A stretch of 64,000 bases of DNA from Flaccisagitta enflata (GCA_965153355.1 OZ231126.1:13268001-13332000); one strand, 5' to 3'. Counted from the stretch's first letter, positions 16,946-31,666 are shown. The notes: generated by a model from the letters alone, not told the origin. Translations and numbers: made by a program.

Positions 16946-19809
16946 AAGGAAAAAAAATTGTCATAAAGCATGCGAGCATGAAAGTATGAGAGCATAAGTT
17001 CACGTTTTCGTAACTGGCATCAGATCGTTGCTGAGATCGTCATTTTTCGACCTCTCATTTTTGGCATTGGTGGGCTCGAGGCGGAGGCGGCGGCAGTGGT
17101 GGCAGTGGCGGCGGAGGCGGCCTTTCGAACCCCGTAAAATTTGACCAAGAGGCCACAAAAACCACTCAATCTCTTTTTATTGCAGAAACATTCGTTTCCC
17201 TGCCTCCAATTCAGACAAGTGGAATTTAGATCCAGGAGAGACCAAAGACAAGAAAAAAAAAAAGGAAAACGAACAGACAGACAGGCTGTCAGTCAGACTG
17301 GCAGACAGACACACAGACAGATTGGGAGGGAAAAACCGACATACAAGTAAAATTTAACCCCAACGGAAACCGAATGGAAAACAGAATGACAGACAGGCAG
17401 ACAGGCAGACATACAGACAGACAGATAGACAGGTAGACAGACAAAAGGACGGACAGAGCCAGACTGTCAGACAGACACAGAGACAGACAGATTGACAGAC
17501 AGACAGAACGACGGACCGACAAGTAGAGTCACAGAAAAATAGAACGCGAGGCAACTTTCTATTTAGGACCAGCACGAGGTCAAAGCCGAAATGACTAATG
17601 ACGTTTGTTGCACCAACCGTGAACACCATAGATCAAATCCAATAAAAAAAACATAGATCATTGACTAATTCACAACCGATTTGGGAACTACAGCTTTTCA
17701 AAAGGAAACAATACGCCAACTTGGACGGTTACACAACCGAAGCAATTAAAAACTTTACACGAGCTGGTTTAGAGGACAATGTAACTTGGCCGGAAAGACT
17801 ACCATCGGTGGCTCCCCTTCCTTCACGATTGGCAGAAGGCGCAACGCCTCCTTCAAATAATTTATTTGTATTGTATTGACAGGAGATTCCACCAGGCGTG
17901 ACACTTATCTACCTACCCTTTTTTCTAATCCTGTGCATAAATTCACTCTCAGCCTGACAGTTTCCGTAGAATTTCTTTGTCTTCACTGACCCTTGCCATT
18001 GCCAATCCTGCTTGTCCTTGGTTAAATTTGCCCCTCATCTCCGATTGGATTAGAAATGCCCTTTGTCCATGTCCTTGTTCCCTGGTCCACTTCCCACCTA
18101 GTTTGATTCCCCTTACCCAAGCCGTACTGTCTTATCTCCCTCATCTGTAAGCCGAACTTGTTCTAATTGTCTTGTTTCGTTTTTTGCAAATTGTTTACAT
18201 TTGCCAAGTTTTCCCCTGAATTCTAAAATCTTTTTTCTTCTTTCCCATTAACCATCAGGATTGTCATCAAAGGCCGCACAGTCAGGAAACAACGACTGCA
18301 ACATGAAAATTGGGCATCGTTCCGTTGGTGCCCTCAAAACCACACTTCAAACAATCCAGGAAAGTTTATTTTCATCTACATGGTATAAAGAAAACGCGTT
18401 TAAAAAAAATCATGCATTCATTGCCACCGGATTAGAGTGAAATCTGATCCAACAGGCAATGGCCACAACTGGTGACCTTTGGTCATCGCCTTAAAAACCC
18501 TTGCGTAACCCCCTTTCTCTGGGGTAGCAACAAACTTCCTCTTTTAACTGCTCTTGAAACAAACGGAGAAACCATATGGATAGATGTGTCTGTTGAATCA
18601 TTTCAAAAAAAGGCATAATTGAATGTGTAGGCCCTTGATCGCTATTGGTTTGCTAGAACTTGTAAACATGTTAAATTAGGTTTTATGTATCTTATCAATT
18701 TGCGAATGGGGCTTATTTGAGTGGATTGAGAAGCAAGCCCTAAGTTGATTCTGTCAAATAAGTGGAAGTATCCACTCTGTAACGCGTTCAAATATGTCAT
18801 CTGTACTTATATTTCCCTCTCCTAGATTTCTTCTTCCGCCTACCGCGCAGCATCATTTGACATGGGGGCCTTTTACGTTATCCTTCAACTCTTAGGCGGA
18901 CGGGAAATCAGAACCGGGAAAATTAGCGTTAAACAACAACCTCAACAGCAACTCAAATTCAACAACAAACGTAACAACAAACGTAACAACAAACTAAACA
19001 ACAATAACAACAACAACCACAACAACAACCACAACAAACTCAACAGCAACTAAAAAGTCTTTCTCAAGAAGTCACAACTTCTTTCGGGTTACATAATCAA
19101 CAAGCTTCCATTATCGCGCTCAATGAATGCAATTCCTGAAAATAACTCTCTCATTTGCGTATCATTGTATACTGTGTCTTATAGAGTTTGGAGTTTTTGA
19201 CCAAATCACCTGGTGGCATATAACGTAAGTATATTCTGCAGTATCTGCATACAAGAGTGCGTATAAGAGGAGTGTTCAGTCTAAAATACGCATTTTTACG
19301 TTTTTTTAAGTTTCCCCACTAAAACTCTAAGTTTTCATATGAAAACCATATCCAAATAGGAGAAGAAATCTCCGAGGCATTGTCCTTATAATCTGCAATT
19401 TGTTGCGAAAAATCCATGATTGTGATAGAGGAGAAAAAGGATGTACTCGTAGTTTAAGGGCTAAGACTTAGCACAACTTGTTTAAAAGCACTGATGTCAA
19501 TGAGGTTTATATAGCATGGGTGGTGGGGTGAACCTTCTCTCTCTCTCTTTGTCACTGGAATTTTCGAGGCGGTAATTCAAAAATCGAAGAAATGGACCGC
19601 GACCAATGGTTTCTTTTCTCGGTTTTTGACTCTTGGGATTTCGGCCTCGCAAATTCACGTGACCATTGTTTCAATCTGTCTTATTATCACCCTAATCAAT
19701 CGATGTTTCTTGTAACTGGCTTTCGCCCTTCCACCTGGCCTCGAATTTTATCTGTTTTTTTTTTCTTCTGGCATATCTGTTTGTTTATCAGTTTTTCTAT
19801 CTGTCTGCC

Positions 19810-19862
<53 letters not shown>

Positions 19863-19935
19863 GCCTGTCTTCCTATCTGTCTATCAGTTTGTCGGAAAAA
19901 AATTGTCTGTCTGCCTCTGTGCATCTGTTTGCTTC

Positions 19936-20005
<70 letters not shown>

Positions 20006-20692
20006 CTTGGCAGGGCAAATGGATCATTTGCCACCTGTTCCTTTTACCTATTATGCGTCATGAATTCCATGTACCTTTTTTCATGTTTTTTATGTTCGCG
20101 CTGAATAAGACACCATTTACTTCTGCTAAACGCGTCACGAAAGATCAATGAGAAACTACAAAACAAATAATTTTTTAAAACCAAAGATGGTGGTTTTCAT
20201 CACATTTAGATTTTCATTTATTTTAATCTATTATTGCGTTTTTCGTCATGTGAATGTTATTATGCCAGTGATTACAATTATTGCCGACCGGAAAAAAAAT
20301 GTAAAAACGTTTTTTTTACTTTTTTTACCAATAATCTAGGCTGTGTCAGTCAGTCTGCATCAAGTTGCTTCAGTGTTTTTTCATTTCTTTGAGAGTGGCT
20401 TTTTTTCATCAATGCTTTGATCAAAAAACCAAAATGGCTTCTGCATCTATGCCCTTACATACCCGCTTATAATTAAAGGACTTAAAGAAAAAAAATTTGA
20501 CCTGTCATCTAAATATCTTTCCAGAAATATCCTCTTGTAGTTTATTTGTAGCTTCACCATATCACTTTGGGAATTGATGCTTATAGGATGTAAACATAGA
20601 AATATTACCATGGCTCTCTTGTTATTCTTTGCTTTTGTGTTGAATTGTCTGTGTCTCTGTGTCTGTCTCTGTGTCTCTGTGTCTGTCTCTGG

Positions 20693-20759
<67 letters not shown>

Positions 20760-21441
20760 CCCCTCTTCCTCTTCCTCCTCTTCCTCCTCCTCCATCTGAA
20801 AAAACCTCAAACCGTAAACGCATTTTGGCGCCTAATACGTTTTTGCGTCACATCAGCCACTTCCGGTAGAGGTGGCGTATAAAAAAGCGTATAGGTAAAC
20901 TCTAGTGTCTTATTACTGCTTTGGACCCATGGCTTATTTGTAATCCTTCCGATAAGTTTTATTGTAAATCGTCATTTCCCCCACACATGTTCGGAGAATA
21001 TATTCATTTTTCATTTCATTTTTCATTTGTCGATATAGGATTAAGAGACCTGATTCGACTGATTACTATGCAATTCCCGCTACATCTTAAAACGAAAGAA
21101 ATTACCATTTGAAACGGTTTATGGCCAAGAATTTATCAACTGATTATTTGTTTTTTTAAAGAGTCTTTGCACTTGGAAGGTAATACTCGTCAAATGGCAA
21201 AATCAACATTAAACTATTACAATACCATTCAAAAACTTTCAACTCCAATTCAACTGATATCCCCCAAAAGAGACCGGTTTGGATGTAAACCACATTATGC
21301 AAAGGAGTTATTTGTACTCGACTAACATTAACGTCTTGAAACATGGACTTACAGGGAGGAATCTCCACGAAGGACTTCCCTCAAAGTGTACATATCAGTG
21401 AAAGGGGTGTTTACCAGAGTGGTATTACCAGAGTGAATTTT

Positions 21442-21577
21442 TAGTCGCGGACACGCGACTCTACACCTTGCTGTGTCGGTCGGTAGGTTACGAATTTTGT
21501 TGAACTCCGAGCGATTATTGCATTACGGCCCCTGCCCAATTGTCCGCGACTGTCTTGCCGTGTATCCGGCCTTGTTT
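21442..21577 (+). mobile_element. Family B HINE-like element
   Basis: tagtcgcggacacgcgactctac ... tgtccgcgact ... gccgtgtatccggccttgttt. Confidence 0.75.
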
Positions 21578-22404
21578 CTTTAGTGGATAATACAGTCGAG
21601 GTAATGCCTCCTCCAGATAACAAAGTAAAAGGAGTAGCTGAAGAAATCTTTTTAAAAGCCCGGATAACTGATTACTGTGCTTACTGACATTCCTTGAAAT
21701 TTTGAAACTGACCATATGAAAGTCAGTACAATATTTTGGTGATTAAATGCCAAAAAACAGCATTTTTCTGTTTTAATATCGATCAAACTAACATGCAATT
21801 GATTATCTAATAACTATCAGGTCAGGTTGTAACTACAATTTGCCAATAAGTTCTGTGCATTGCCTCGGTAATCCCACAGTAGGTCACGCAATCACTGAGA
21901 GGAAGCGCCTCAAAGGTCTTCCCACAAAGACTACATAATACTGAACAAGCTGTGAGCCAGTGAAACCCTTACAATTTTTTTTTCTTTAATAAAAATGGCT
22001 CGGTGCTTACACCACTAGCAGTCGTGGTGGGAGGATATTTTCTGAAATACAGGGGTGTATAAAGTTGAGTATTCCCCCCCCGGCGGGGAGAATAAAATCA
22101 ATCATTGGAGATGGGGAAGAAAATCCAAGGGTGAAAAAGAAATAAAACAAACAAAATTTTTAAAGATTTTATACTTTTGACAGTTCCAAAAGATACAGTA
22201 CCTTCCAAACAAACCCGGCTAAAACTGGAGGATTAATTTTTGTAACCTTAATTTTACTTCTGTATCTTTGTTTTTTGTATTTGGCCTAATTAAAGGAAAC
22301 TTAATTCCTTGAACATATTTTGCTGTCAAAAAGAATAACTCGTGAAATCAAAGTGCATGAAGACATCAATTTGGAGTGTTCTAACCCAGACCATTAGATT
22401 CAGC

Positions 22405-23636
22405 CAGACTATGACAGTCAGCCGTCCAAAGGCCCTATTCCTGCCCCAGACCCTGCCCAAGAGCGATCCCTCTATTGCCGCTCCTCCCTCTTCTCCCCTC
22501 CTTCTTCCATCCTCCTTTAACTCCTCTGCCTCCACCTCTTGTTCTGCTACCTCTCACCCTCCATACTCATACACATCTTCCGCCGTCGCCTCTGCTGCCG
22601 CTACCTAGCTCCTTTCATCCACCTACCTCTTCCGCCGTCGCCGCTATTGCCGCTACCTGCTGCATATCATGCCTCTAGACCTCTTTTGCCGCTGCCGCTA
22701 CTGCCGCTACTGCCGCTACTTTCAGTAGCGGCAATAGAGGCGGCGGCGGAAGAGGTGTAGGAAGATGTTAATGGGGGTAGAGGCAGCAGAGGTAGAGATC
22801 TAAACCCCCTAAACCTCTTCCGCCGCTGCCGCTATTGCCGCTACCTTGGGTAGCGGCACTAGCGGCAGCGGCAGAGGAGGTGTAGGGGCAAAAAATTTGC
22901 GTAAGTAGCGGCACTAGCGGCACTAGGGGAGGAGGTGTAGGGGCAAAAAATTAGCCTTAGTAGCGGCATTAGCGGCACTAGCGGCACTAGCGGCAGCGGC
23001 GGAGGAGGTGTAGGGGTAAAAAATTTGTGCAAGTAGCGGCACTAGTGGAGGAAGTGTAGGGGCAAAAAATTAGCGTCAGTAGCGGCACTAGGGGCACTAG
23101 CGGCACTAGCGGCAGCGGCGGAAGAGGTGGGTAGCGGCACTAGCGGCAGCGGCAGAGGAGTTGTAGGGGCATGGTATGGGGTAGGTAGCGGCACTAGCGG
23201 CGGCAGTGGAAGAGGTGTAGGGGCATGATATGTGATAGGTAGCGGCACTAGCGGCAGCGGCGGAAGAGTAGTAGGGGCATAAGTTGGGTTAGGTAGCGGC
23301 AGTAGCGGCGGCGGTGGCGGAAGAGGTATACAGGCATGATTTGGGGTAGGTAGAGGCAGTAGCGGCGGCGGCAGAGGAGGTTTGAGGACATGGTATAAGG
23401 TAGGTAGCGGCACTAGCGGCGGCAACGGAAGAGGTATGGGGGCATGATTTGGGGTAGGTAGCGGCACTAGCAGCAGCGGCGGAAGAGGTGTAAGGGGTAG
23501 AAAGGATAAATGAGGATAGGTAGAGGCAGTATAGTCGTCGACAGAAGAGGTTTAGGGGATGGAAAGGATGCTGGGAGGTAGGAAGAGACAGAAAAGGGAA
23601 GTAAAAGAAACCAGGGTGGACCGCTGGTTGTCACTG
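22405..23636. mobile_element. Insertion with a GC-rich inverted minisatellite core (~57-bp units, gtagcggcactagcggc)
   Basis: It interrupts family C, with (g)attcagc duplicated on both sides. Imperfect TIR tgacagtcagccgtcca / tggaccgctggttgtca. Confidence 0.6.
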
Positions 23637-23968
23637 ATTCAGCAGAAAATTTTACCTATCCTAGACAACAAGAACAGCTTAATCAGACAATTTTTACAGA
23701 TTCTACAGCTATTTTAAGTTTTTAAGGACAATTGTCATAAAATGATTTAGGACAATTGTCCTTAAAAACTTTAAATGGCCATAAAACCTGAAATAATTAT
23801 CTGATTGAGCTGCTTGTTCTCTTGGATAAGTAAAATTTTCTGCTGAATCCAATGGTCTGGGTAAGAACACTCCAAATTGATGCCCTCATGCACTTTGATT
23901 ACACGAGTTATTTTGTTTGACAGCAAAAAATGTTCAAAGAATTAAGTATCTTTTAATCAAATTAGATA

Positions 23969-24542
23969 CAGTAGATGTCGTCTAGACTTGGAAATACGGG
24001 GGAATTCATTACAGGAAGACAAATTTACTTAAGAGACTGATATTTGGAATATAGATTAATAAAAGGATGCTTTCTTGCCCATGGGTGTTGGTTGCTATAG
24101 AAACACATTTTCATGTATTCACGCTAAAGTATCAACATTTTGAGAAATTTCTTTAAGGACCATTGTTTAAAATAAAATTTGCTACAACTTTCCCACAGTA
24201 TGTTCTGTAAGAATATTGCTCGTTTAGTCGTTGCTAGGGAGCGTAACTATGTGTGACAGCCCTGTGATGCTCCCTAGCAACCGCCAAACCAGCGATATTC
24301 TTACAGAACATACTGTGGGAAAGTTGTAGCAAATTTTATTTTAAAGAATGTTCCCTCAAAAAATTTCTCAAAAAATTGATACTTTAGCGTAAGTACATGG
24401 AAATGTGTTTTCATGGCAACCAACACCCATGGGCAATAAAGCATCCTTTTATAAGTTTATATTTCAAATATCACTCTCTTAACTTTATTTGTCTTCTTGT
24501 AAAGAATTCCCCCGTATTTCCAAGTCTAGACGACATCTACTG
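23969..24542. mobile_element. Near-fully palindromic pogo/Tc1-type MITE, TA TSD
   Basis: TA|cagtagatgtcgtctagacttggaaatacgggggaattc ... gaattcccccgtatttccaagtctagacgacatctactg|TA. Arms are about 270 bp. The empty site is visible in the paralog at about 14205-14270. Confidence 0.92.
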
Positions 24543-25188
24543 TACAAAAAATAAGGTTTGGGAAATGAAATCAAAATAACAAAAATTAAGTTTTTGACTA
24601 CTACAACACTATTTTACACTATTCTGACCTTTTTTATACTATATTACTAGTCCATAGGGTAGAAAATCAAACAATTTTTTAACCCGGCGGGGAAGGTAAT
24701 CAAAGACCAGGGGGGGGGGGGAAGAAATCAAAGGCCGTTCAACTTTATACACCCCTGCTGAAATAGAAATGCAACAGTAAAATTCAATTGTTTTCTCACA
24801 TCCGGAATGATCAAATGGTTTCACAGGCAATAACAAACATTTACTGGGTCTAAACGGTTACTTTAGATTGATAGTAAGAAGTTAGATGTATGCTACAATA
24901 TTCAAATGATTTTGTTGTTGATTCGAAGTTTTGTATGTCTAAGAGTTCCTGCTTTGCTTGTCGCAATGTTATCATTCAGTTTAACTCGTGATAGGTTTTG
25001 AATGCCATCAGTATTGGATGCAAAGCGTGGCGTGCAGGTGAGCGCATCTGGGCAGGGGCAGCAAGGAAAAGAAGCTTATGAGCTGTGACTGATGAGGCCA
25101 ACACCAACAGGTGCATATGACATGTATACATGTGATATATAGGGCCTAAATTAAACACAAACACATTTTCGCAAATTATTGTTATCTT

Positions 25189-25933
<745 letters not shown>

Positions 25934-26223
25934 CACACAGAGAAATACACATGAAAACCAGGTGATCGAAACATCAACATACTCCCAGCTGGAGAATCTA
26001 CTCTTGTCCACCACTGCACTGTTGCCACGCCACTCTTGGCCATATTTCGGACCAGAATGAATTTTGAAAACTTTTTTACAGAATTCGATAAATTTCATTC
26101 AATAAAACACAGATAAAGTGAGAATTGATAGTAAATTTCGCACTAACTGTAAATGAATTTTGTTAAGTTTGGTTCAGATATCAATCTTAACTTAAGATAT
26201 TGTAGTCACACACATGCTACACC

Positions 26224-27610
26224 CTGAGCCCGATCAACAAGTAGGCTAATGAGGCTTAGCCTCAGGCCTCGCGCTTTTGGGGGGCCTCGCCCTTTGAGGG
26301 GAAAAAAGATAGAAGGGAGAAGGAGAGACAAAACAAAGAGAAAAGAGAAGAGGAAAGAAAAACAAAAAGAAAAAAGAAAAAAGAATAGAAAAAAGAAAAG
26401 AGAAAAGAGGAAGGTGATGAAAAAGAAAAAAAGGAGACGAAAAAGAAGAGGACGAAGAAGAAATAAAATTGCAGGGGTGTCTATAATTCGCTTTTGATTT
26501 TCCCCCCCCTGCCTTTCATTTTCTTCCCCGCGACACATTTTAAAATCTATGATTTCCTTCCTCATAAAGCTATAAAACAGTGTAGTTAAGGTTTAGATAG
26601 TGTTAAATTGTGTTTTACTAATAAGTTTTTATGATTTGGTACTGTCAAAAGTTTTTTTTTCCCCAAATTTTCTCTTTTTCTTTTTTTCCCTCTTTGATTT
26701 CCTTCCCCATCTTCAGACCTGAAAAATTCAGGCCTGAAAAATTGACTTTAAGACCAAGTAGTAGGGTTGAAAGTAGATGGGGCCCCTGGTATAAAATTCT
26801 AAATCAAGCTCTGGTGCCCATTTCCACATCGTCTTTTAAAGTGTTTAAAACAGGCCCTGAATCTCAAATTTTAACGAGGGGCCTATGGTTTAAAGACAAC
26901 ACGTAAAACCGCTGAAAGTTATGGAATAATGCTAAAATCGATATTTCAAAAGAGATGTTCTTAATTGCGGACATGCAACTCCATAAGAGGCTTTGTCTGG
27001 TGGTCTTTACATCTGTCAGTTTATCATAATGATTGAGTCAAAAAGTGGAAAAACAATAGATGCTTGTGTCATTTTGTCTGTGGGGGAGAGTGGGGATGGT
27101 GGTTGGGCTCTCCAGCAGGCCTGATTTTAGAGCGAGCCTGCGAGCCCGATGCTCTCTATTTTGCTCTCGGGCTCTCATGTTTTGCAAACTCTGAGCCCTG
27201 CAGGCTCTCTCTCATTGGGATGGATTCAAAGCGCTCAAGCTGATGAAGTGAAATATTTGAAAAACCATCAAGTTTTAAGGCGTTTTCAGATTATTTCACA
27301 AACTGAATCATCTTAGTACTGATTATACTATCATTACATCATTTAATCAGTAGGTGCTTTAATAAATCTAGGCTAATATAATCATAAAATTTGGCATAAC
27401 ATTTTTACCGGGCTCATGGTTTTCCTCTCGGGCTCTGTCAAACTGTGGGGAGCGAGCCCGACTGGCTCGGCCAAAAAAATTACTAAAATCAGGCCTGCTC
27501 TCCAGCCCATCCGTCCACAACAATATCATGACCCCACATCACTTGCTAAAACTACAGGGGCCTCGCGGTAACCGTAGCCTCAGGCCTCGCACATGGTTGA
27601 TCGGGCCCAG
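26224..27610. mobile_element. hAT-like non-autonomous element
   Basis: TIR CTGAGCCCGATCAAC / GTTGATCGGGCCCAG (1 mismatch). 8-bp TSD GCTACACC at 26216-26223 and 27611-27618. Subterminal tagcctcaggcctcgc occurs near both ends. Confidence 0.82.
27116..27497. mobile_element. hAT MITE
   Basis: Perfect 15-bp TIR CAGGCCTGATTTTAG / CTAAAATCAGGCCTG. 8-bp TSD CTCTCCAG. Confidence 0.92.
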
Positions 27611-28368
27611 GCTACACCACACCTTGTATTGTCCGTCTCTAAGTCCTCTCCGTCCATAAGCCCGTATGTCCGTGCATTATTGAACAATTGTTGCCTGTCT
27701 TTTTATAGGGTTTTAAGTCAGTTTGATTGGCATATGAGTGAGTGTATCTTTTTTTTTACTGCCTCTGCCCAACTGTCCGCAACTGTTGCCTTTTTGTAGG
27801 GCTTATCAAAAATGAGGGTTCTGACTAGAGTAATTGGCTCCAAGCAGCCTGCTGTGGTCTTCGTGGAAGCTCACGTGGTAAAACAGGAAGAGACAATGAC
27901 ATACGGAATCGAAGAGCTAAGGCAGTAAAGGTCGGTCCTAAGTCGTAAGACTTCTTCTCATCGTTATTACTGACGTAATGCGATGTCATAAAAGATGTCA
28001 TAATCGACGTCATAATCGTTTCGATCTTACGATGCGATTTTATTGACAGAGTTTCTTCCGTACAAGTTGTAGGTCTGTCAGTTTGTCGGTGCATAGGCCG
28101 GCCGGTCGGTCGGTCGGTCTTAACTTTTAAAACTCCTTTCACTTTCGAGATTTTAATGTCTCTTCCGTTCAGTAATCCCAAGATTACGACTTTGGGCCAC
28201 ATGCCTCCATGTGTCGCACTTCCTCCGCACTCACTCATGTGTTATTTGGTAAAGCTGTATTCATATGTTCTTGAGTGTCTGATGCCCGTGTTTTGTGTGT
28301 GCGTGTGCGCGTGTGCGCGTGTGTGCGTGTGCGCGTGTGTGCGTGTGCGCGTGTGTGCGTGTGAGCGT

Positions 28369-28411
<43 letters not shown>

Positions 28412-28590
28412 TCTCTCCGTATGGTCACTCTCACTATTTTTAATGATGCGTATCATAGTCGATTTGCGTCATTTCGTTTTGACTAAAAGAGTCGTTTTGA
28501 CATTCATTGACTGAATTAATCCGTGCAGAACTTTTAATCCTGAGTATACGATCACGAAATATTGAGCATAAGTGCAATGGCCACGATTTT

Positions 28591-28655
28591 TAGTCGCGTG
28601 CACGCAACTCTACAACCCGCTTTGTCCGTCCGATCGGTCCGCACTTTACTTTTTT
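28591..28655 (+). mobile_element. Family B HINE 5' fragment
   Basis: tagtcgcgtgcacgcaactctacaacccgctttgtccgtccg. Confidence 0.6.
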
Positions 28656-29712
28656 GTTTCTGTTTCTATCTGCCTTACATCTTCTCCTAGCCTCTTCCCC
28701 TCTTCCCCTGTTACCCAACTATAATATCCATTAGGGAAATGTGTTCCAGTTATGACTTACCCCGCGTATCAAAAAAAGAGACGCAGGTTTGAATGGCTAA
28801 TTTTGGCAACATATTTGATAAAACCTATTGAAATTCTAGAACATTGGAAAGCCCTTTGAAAATATTTTCAGTTGGTTTCAATCTGGTATCTCTATCTTTT
28901 TTCTTTGGAAATGGCATTAGTTTGAGTGGAAATTTTGCCTTTTCATTTTCACAATCCCCTTGTTAAAAATGTCTAAATTTAAAAGTAAATAATTTCTTTT
29001 TTGTATCAATAAAAAGAAAAGTGCGTCTTTTTTTTTCTTATTCGCGTGGAATGAGTTAGCATTAGTGTTCTGAGTCTTAAGGATTCAAGCAAAAGCAGTC
29101 CCATCATAGTTTGAAATCGATTTTGCTATCTCCCCAAGCATGTTTTCCAAACCTATCGCTCGTGCAGTCTGGACCATTGCAATGCTAAATTTAACTTAGA
29201 TGATTATAGATATTCAAGAGAGTTGAGAGGTCTGCTCATATGTAACGTGTCTTGGTCAAAGGCCCTCAATTTTGCACAGCATCGTTTCACTTATTCCTTT
29301 GAATGTCTCATGTTGCCCTTCTGTTTCCCCCTCTCTATTTCATCGTCTCTCATCTTAGGTTCTGCCAACCCCTCTCACTTGACTTCTCTCCTCTCCTGTC
29401 TCCTCTCACCTACTCACCTTCCTCACCTTCCTCTTTCCTCCCCTCTTCCCTTTCCCTTCCTTCATTTCTACCCTCCCACAACCTCTTATTCTTTTCCCCT
29501 CAAATACTTAGCATCTTTTCTCACCTCCCATCTATTCACCCTCCTCTATTCCTTCCTCTCTTTTCTTTCCCCCTCGCTTTTATCTTCTTTCTTCCCCTCG
29601 TCGTCTTCCCCCCCCCCCTCCTCTTTTCTCCCCTCTCTACCTCAGCAGGGCGCCGTATCTCAACGGGAGTTTTAAGCGCAGTTCCGGCTGGCTAGCGCCC
29701 TTTACTGATTGC

Positions 29713-29747
<35 letters not shown>

Positions 29748-29944
29748 GCCCATTTCCATGCATCTTGGCAGCCACCCTAACAACGGCAAATAGCATGGAA
29801 TGAATCTCCCTCTCTCTTCTCTCTCTCTTTCATTCTTCCCCTGATTATCAACCACCCTCGGCCAATTTTCGTTTCACCCCATCCCCCTGCTGCTTCCTCT
29901 ACTTCACTCCCATCGAGCATCGTTTAGACTGAGCAAAAAGATGC

Positions 29945-29996
<52 letters not shown>

Positions 29997-30959
29997 GCAC
30001 GTTGGTAACGTGGCAAATGGACAACATTGTCGGTTTGTCGTCGGTTTTGTCGTTTAGCCGGTTGGAGAAAATGCTTCTTGGAGATTCTGCTTCAGTCTTC
30101 GCTGAGCAATATGGAATAAAGTGGCGTAGAGTGGAAAAGCGTGGATGAACGGAGGTCGGGCTTTCCAAAAAAAGAACGTTCGGAGGTCGGAGGCGTTCCA
30201 AAGATGGAAGAACAGAGGTCAGGCGTGTGTTTCAGAGACGAAACATTTTTTTAAGGTGGATTTGAAATGGAACATTGTCAGAAGATGACACCGTTGTCCT
30301 TTTTTTTTCCAAAGTTCAAGGTTATGATCATTTTTGTTCTACTTCCCGCTTAAACTTTAAAGGAACAAGAAAGAAAAATCCTATAAAACAGGGCCCGAGA
30401 CATTCAAAATTTGGTTTCTGATGTCAGCCAGCAATTTATGCCATGTGAAACATTTCACTAGCATTGCATGGTGGGGAGTTAGAATTCCATGGAGTATCGC
30501 AACAGACAAAAATATCGTTTATTAGAAATTTCATTTATGAATTATTTAAATCCTTCAGTACAATGGGAGCAATAACGACAGTACAAAGACGGCCTCCTAT
30601 GATCTCACAATTCAAATGAAGAACTAAAAGCTTTGATTTTACTAAAAGCTGATGATCCAAAGTATTGACTGAATACAAAATTCAATACCAAGTGATTCAG
30701 AGGAAAACTGACAATTGAATTCTCTTTACTGTGTGTGGCTCAATGACCGGTAGAATACTGAACTAGAGTTCAGAAACATTGCTATCGTCAGGGTCACAAC
30801 TTGGACTTCTTGGTCGACAATTACAGGTAAAAGTACAAAACTATATTCACTCAAAGCAACAATTATTCGGCAAAGAAAACGCGAAAGTGAACGTCACCAC
30901 ACTTTTTGGAGTGCATTTTTTGGGTCTAAAAAGCAAGGATTTGCATAAGACACATTTTT

Positions 30960-31232
30960 TAGATGCGTCCTCGCATATCTATAAGAGGGTCTGTCCGTCG
31001 GTCCGTCGGTCGGTCCGTCGGTCGGTTTGTCGGTCGGTCCGTTACGCCTCCTTGAAAATCGCAGTTTTTGGCCCTTTTCAGCCGCGAGGATGTCGTTAGA
31101 ATGTTCTGAGAGCCTCTTTTGATCTGATAATAACTATAAGTCTTTTCATCTGTCAGTCAAACCAAATCTAGTGCCGAAGTCGCTACGCACAGAGATACAG
31201 TCAGGACGCATCGTTGCCTGATCGGGCTTGTT
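30960..31232 (+). mobile_element. HINE-like element, distinct subfamily
   Basis: subTIR gatgcgtcct / aggacgcatc, (gtcg/gtcc)n core, terminal gcctgatcgggc stem-loop followed by ttgtt. Confidence 0.7.
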
Positions 31233-31456
31233 ATTCTACATTACACCGAGTACATAACTTCATCAATTGCAACGCAATGCTGATTCTTGATCACTATCAT
31301 TCATCTGTCTGTCTGTCTCTCTGTCTGTTTGTCTGTGAAACTGTTTGTCTGTCTTACTGTTTGTCTTTGTGTCTGTCTGTGTGTATTTTTCTGTCTGTCT
31401 GTCTGCCTGTCTGTCTATCTGTCTGTCTGTCAGTCAGTCAGTCAGTCAGTCTTTGA

Positions 31457-31496
<40 letters not shown>

Positions 31497-31633
31497 GTCT
31501 CTCTCCCAATCGGTTTCCTTCTTTGAAAATTTGCTGTATTCTATCAAAGCCAGCTAAAAACTTCCCTCCAGGGGTTCCGCCACATTTGCACAAATCCGCA
31601 CAACACCACCACGACGGCATCCATCCCTATCTG

Positions 31634-31666
<33 letters not shown>

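Larger units (their letters stand above)
22196..24590. mobile_element. Family C long-IR Tc1/pogo-like element (right tip missing)
   Basis: TA|cagtaccttccaaacaaacccggctaaaactggagg at the left end. The arms match 13833-14312. Confidence 0.75.
22050..24757. mobile_element. hAT-type non-autonomous element hosting nested insertions
   Basis: TIR CAGGGGTGTATAAAGTTGA / TCAACTTTATACACCCCTG. 8-bp TSD CTGAAATA at 22042-22049 and 24758-24765. Confidence 0.9.

Noticed and set aside
23042-23467. Pro-rich extensin-like ORF on the minus strand
   Set aside because: It is a translation of the GC minisatellite inside nested transposons.
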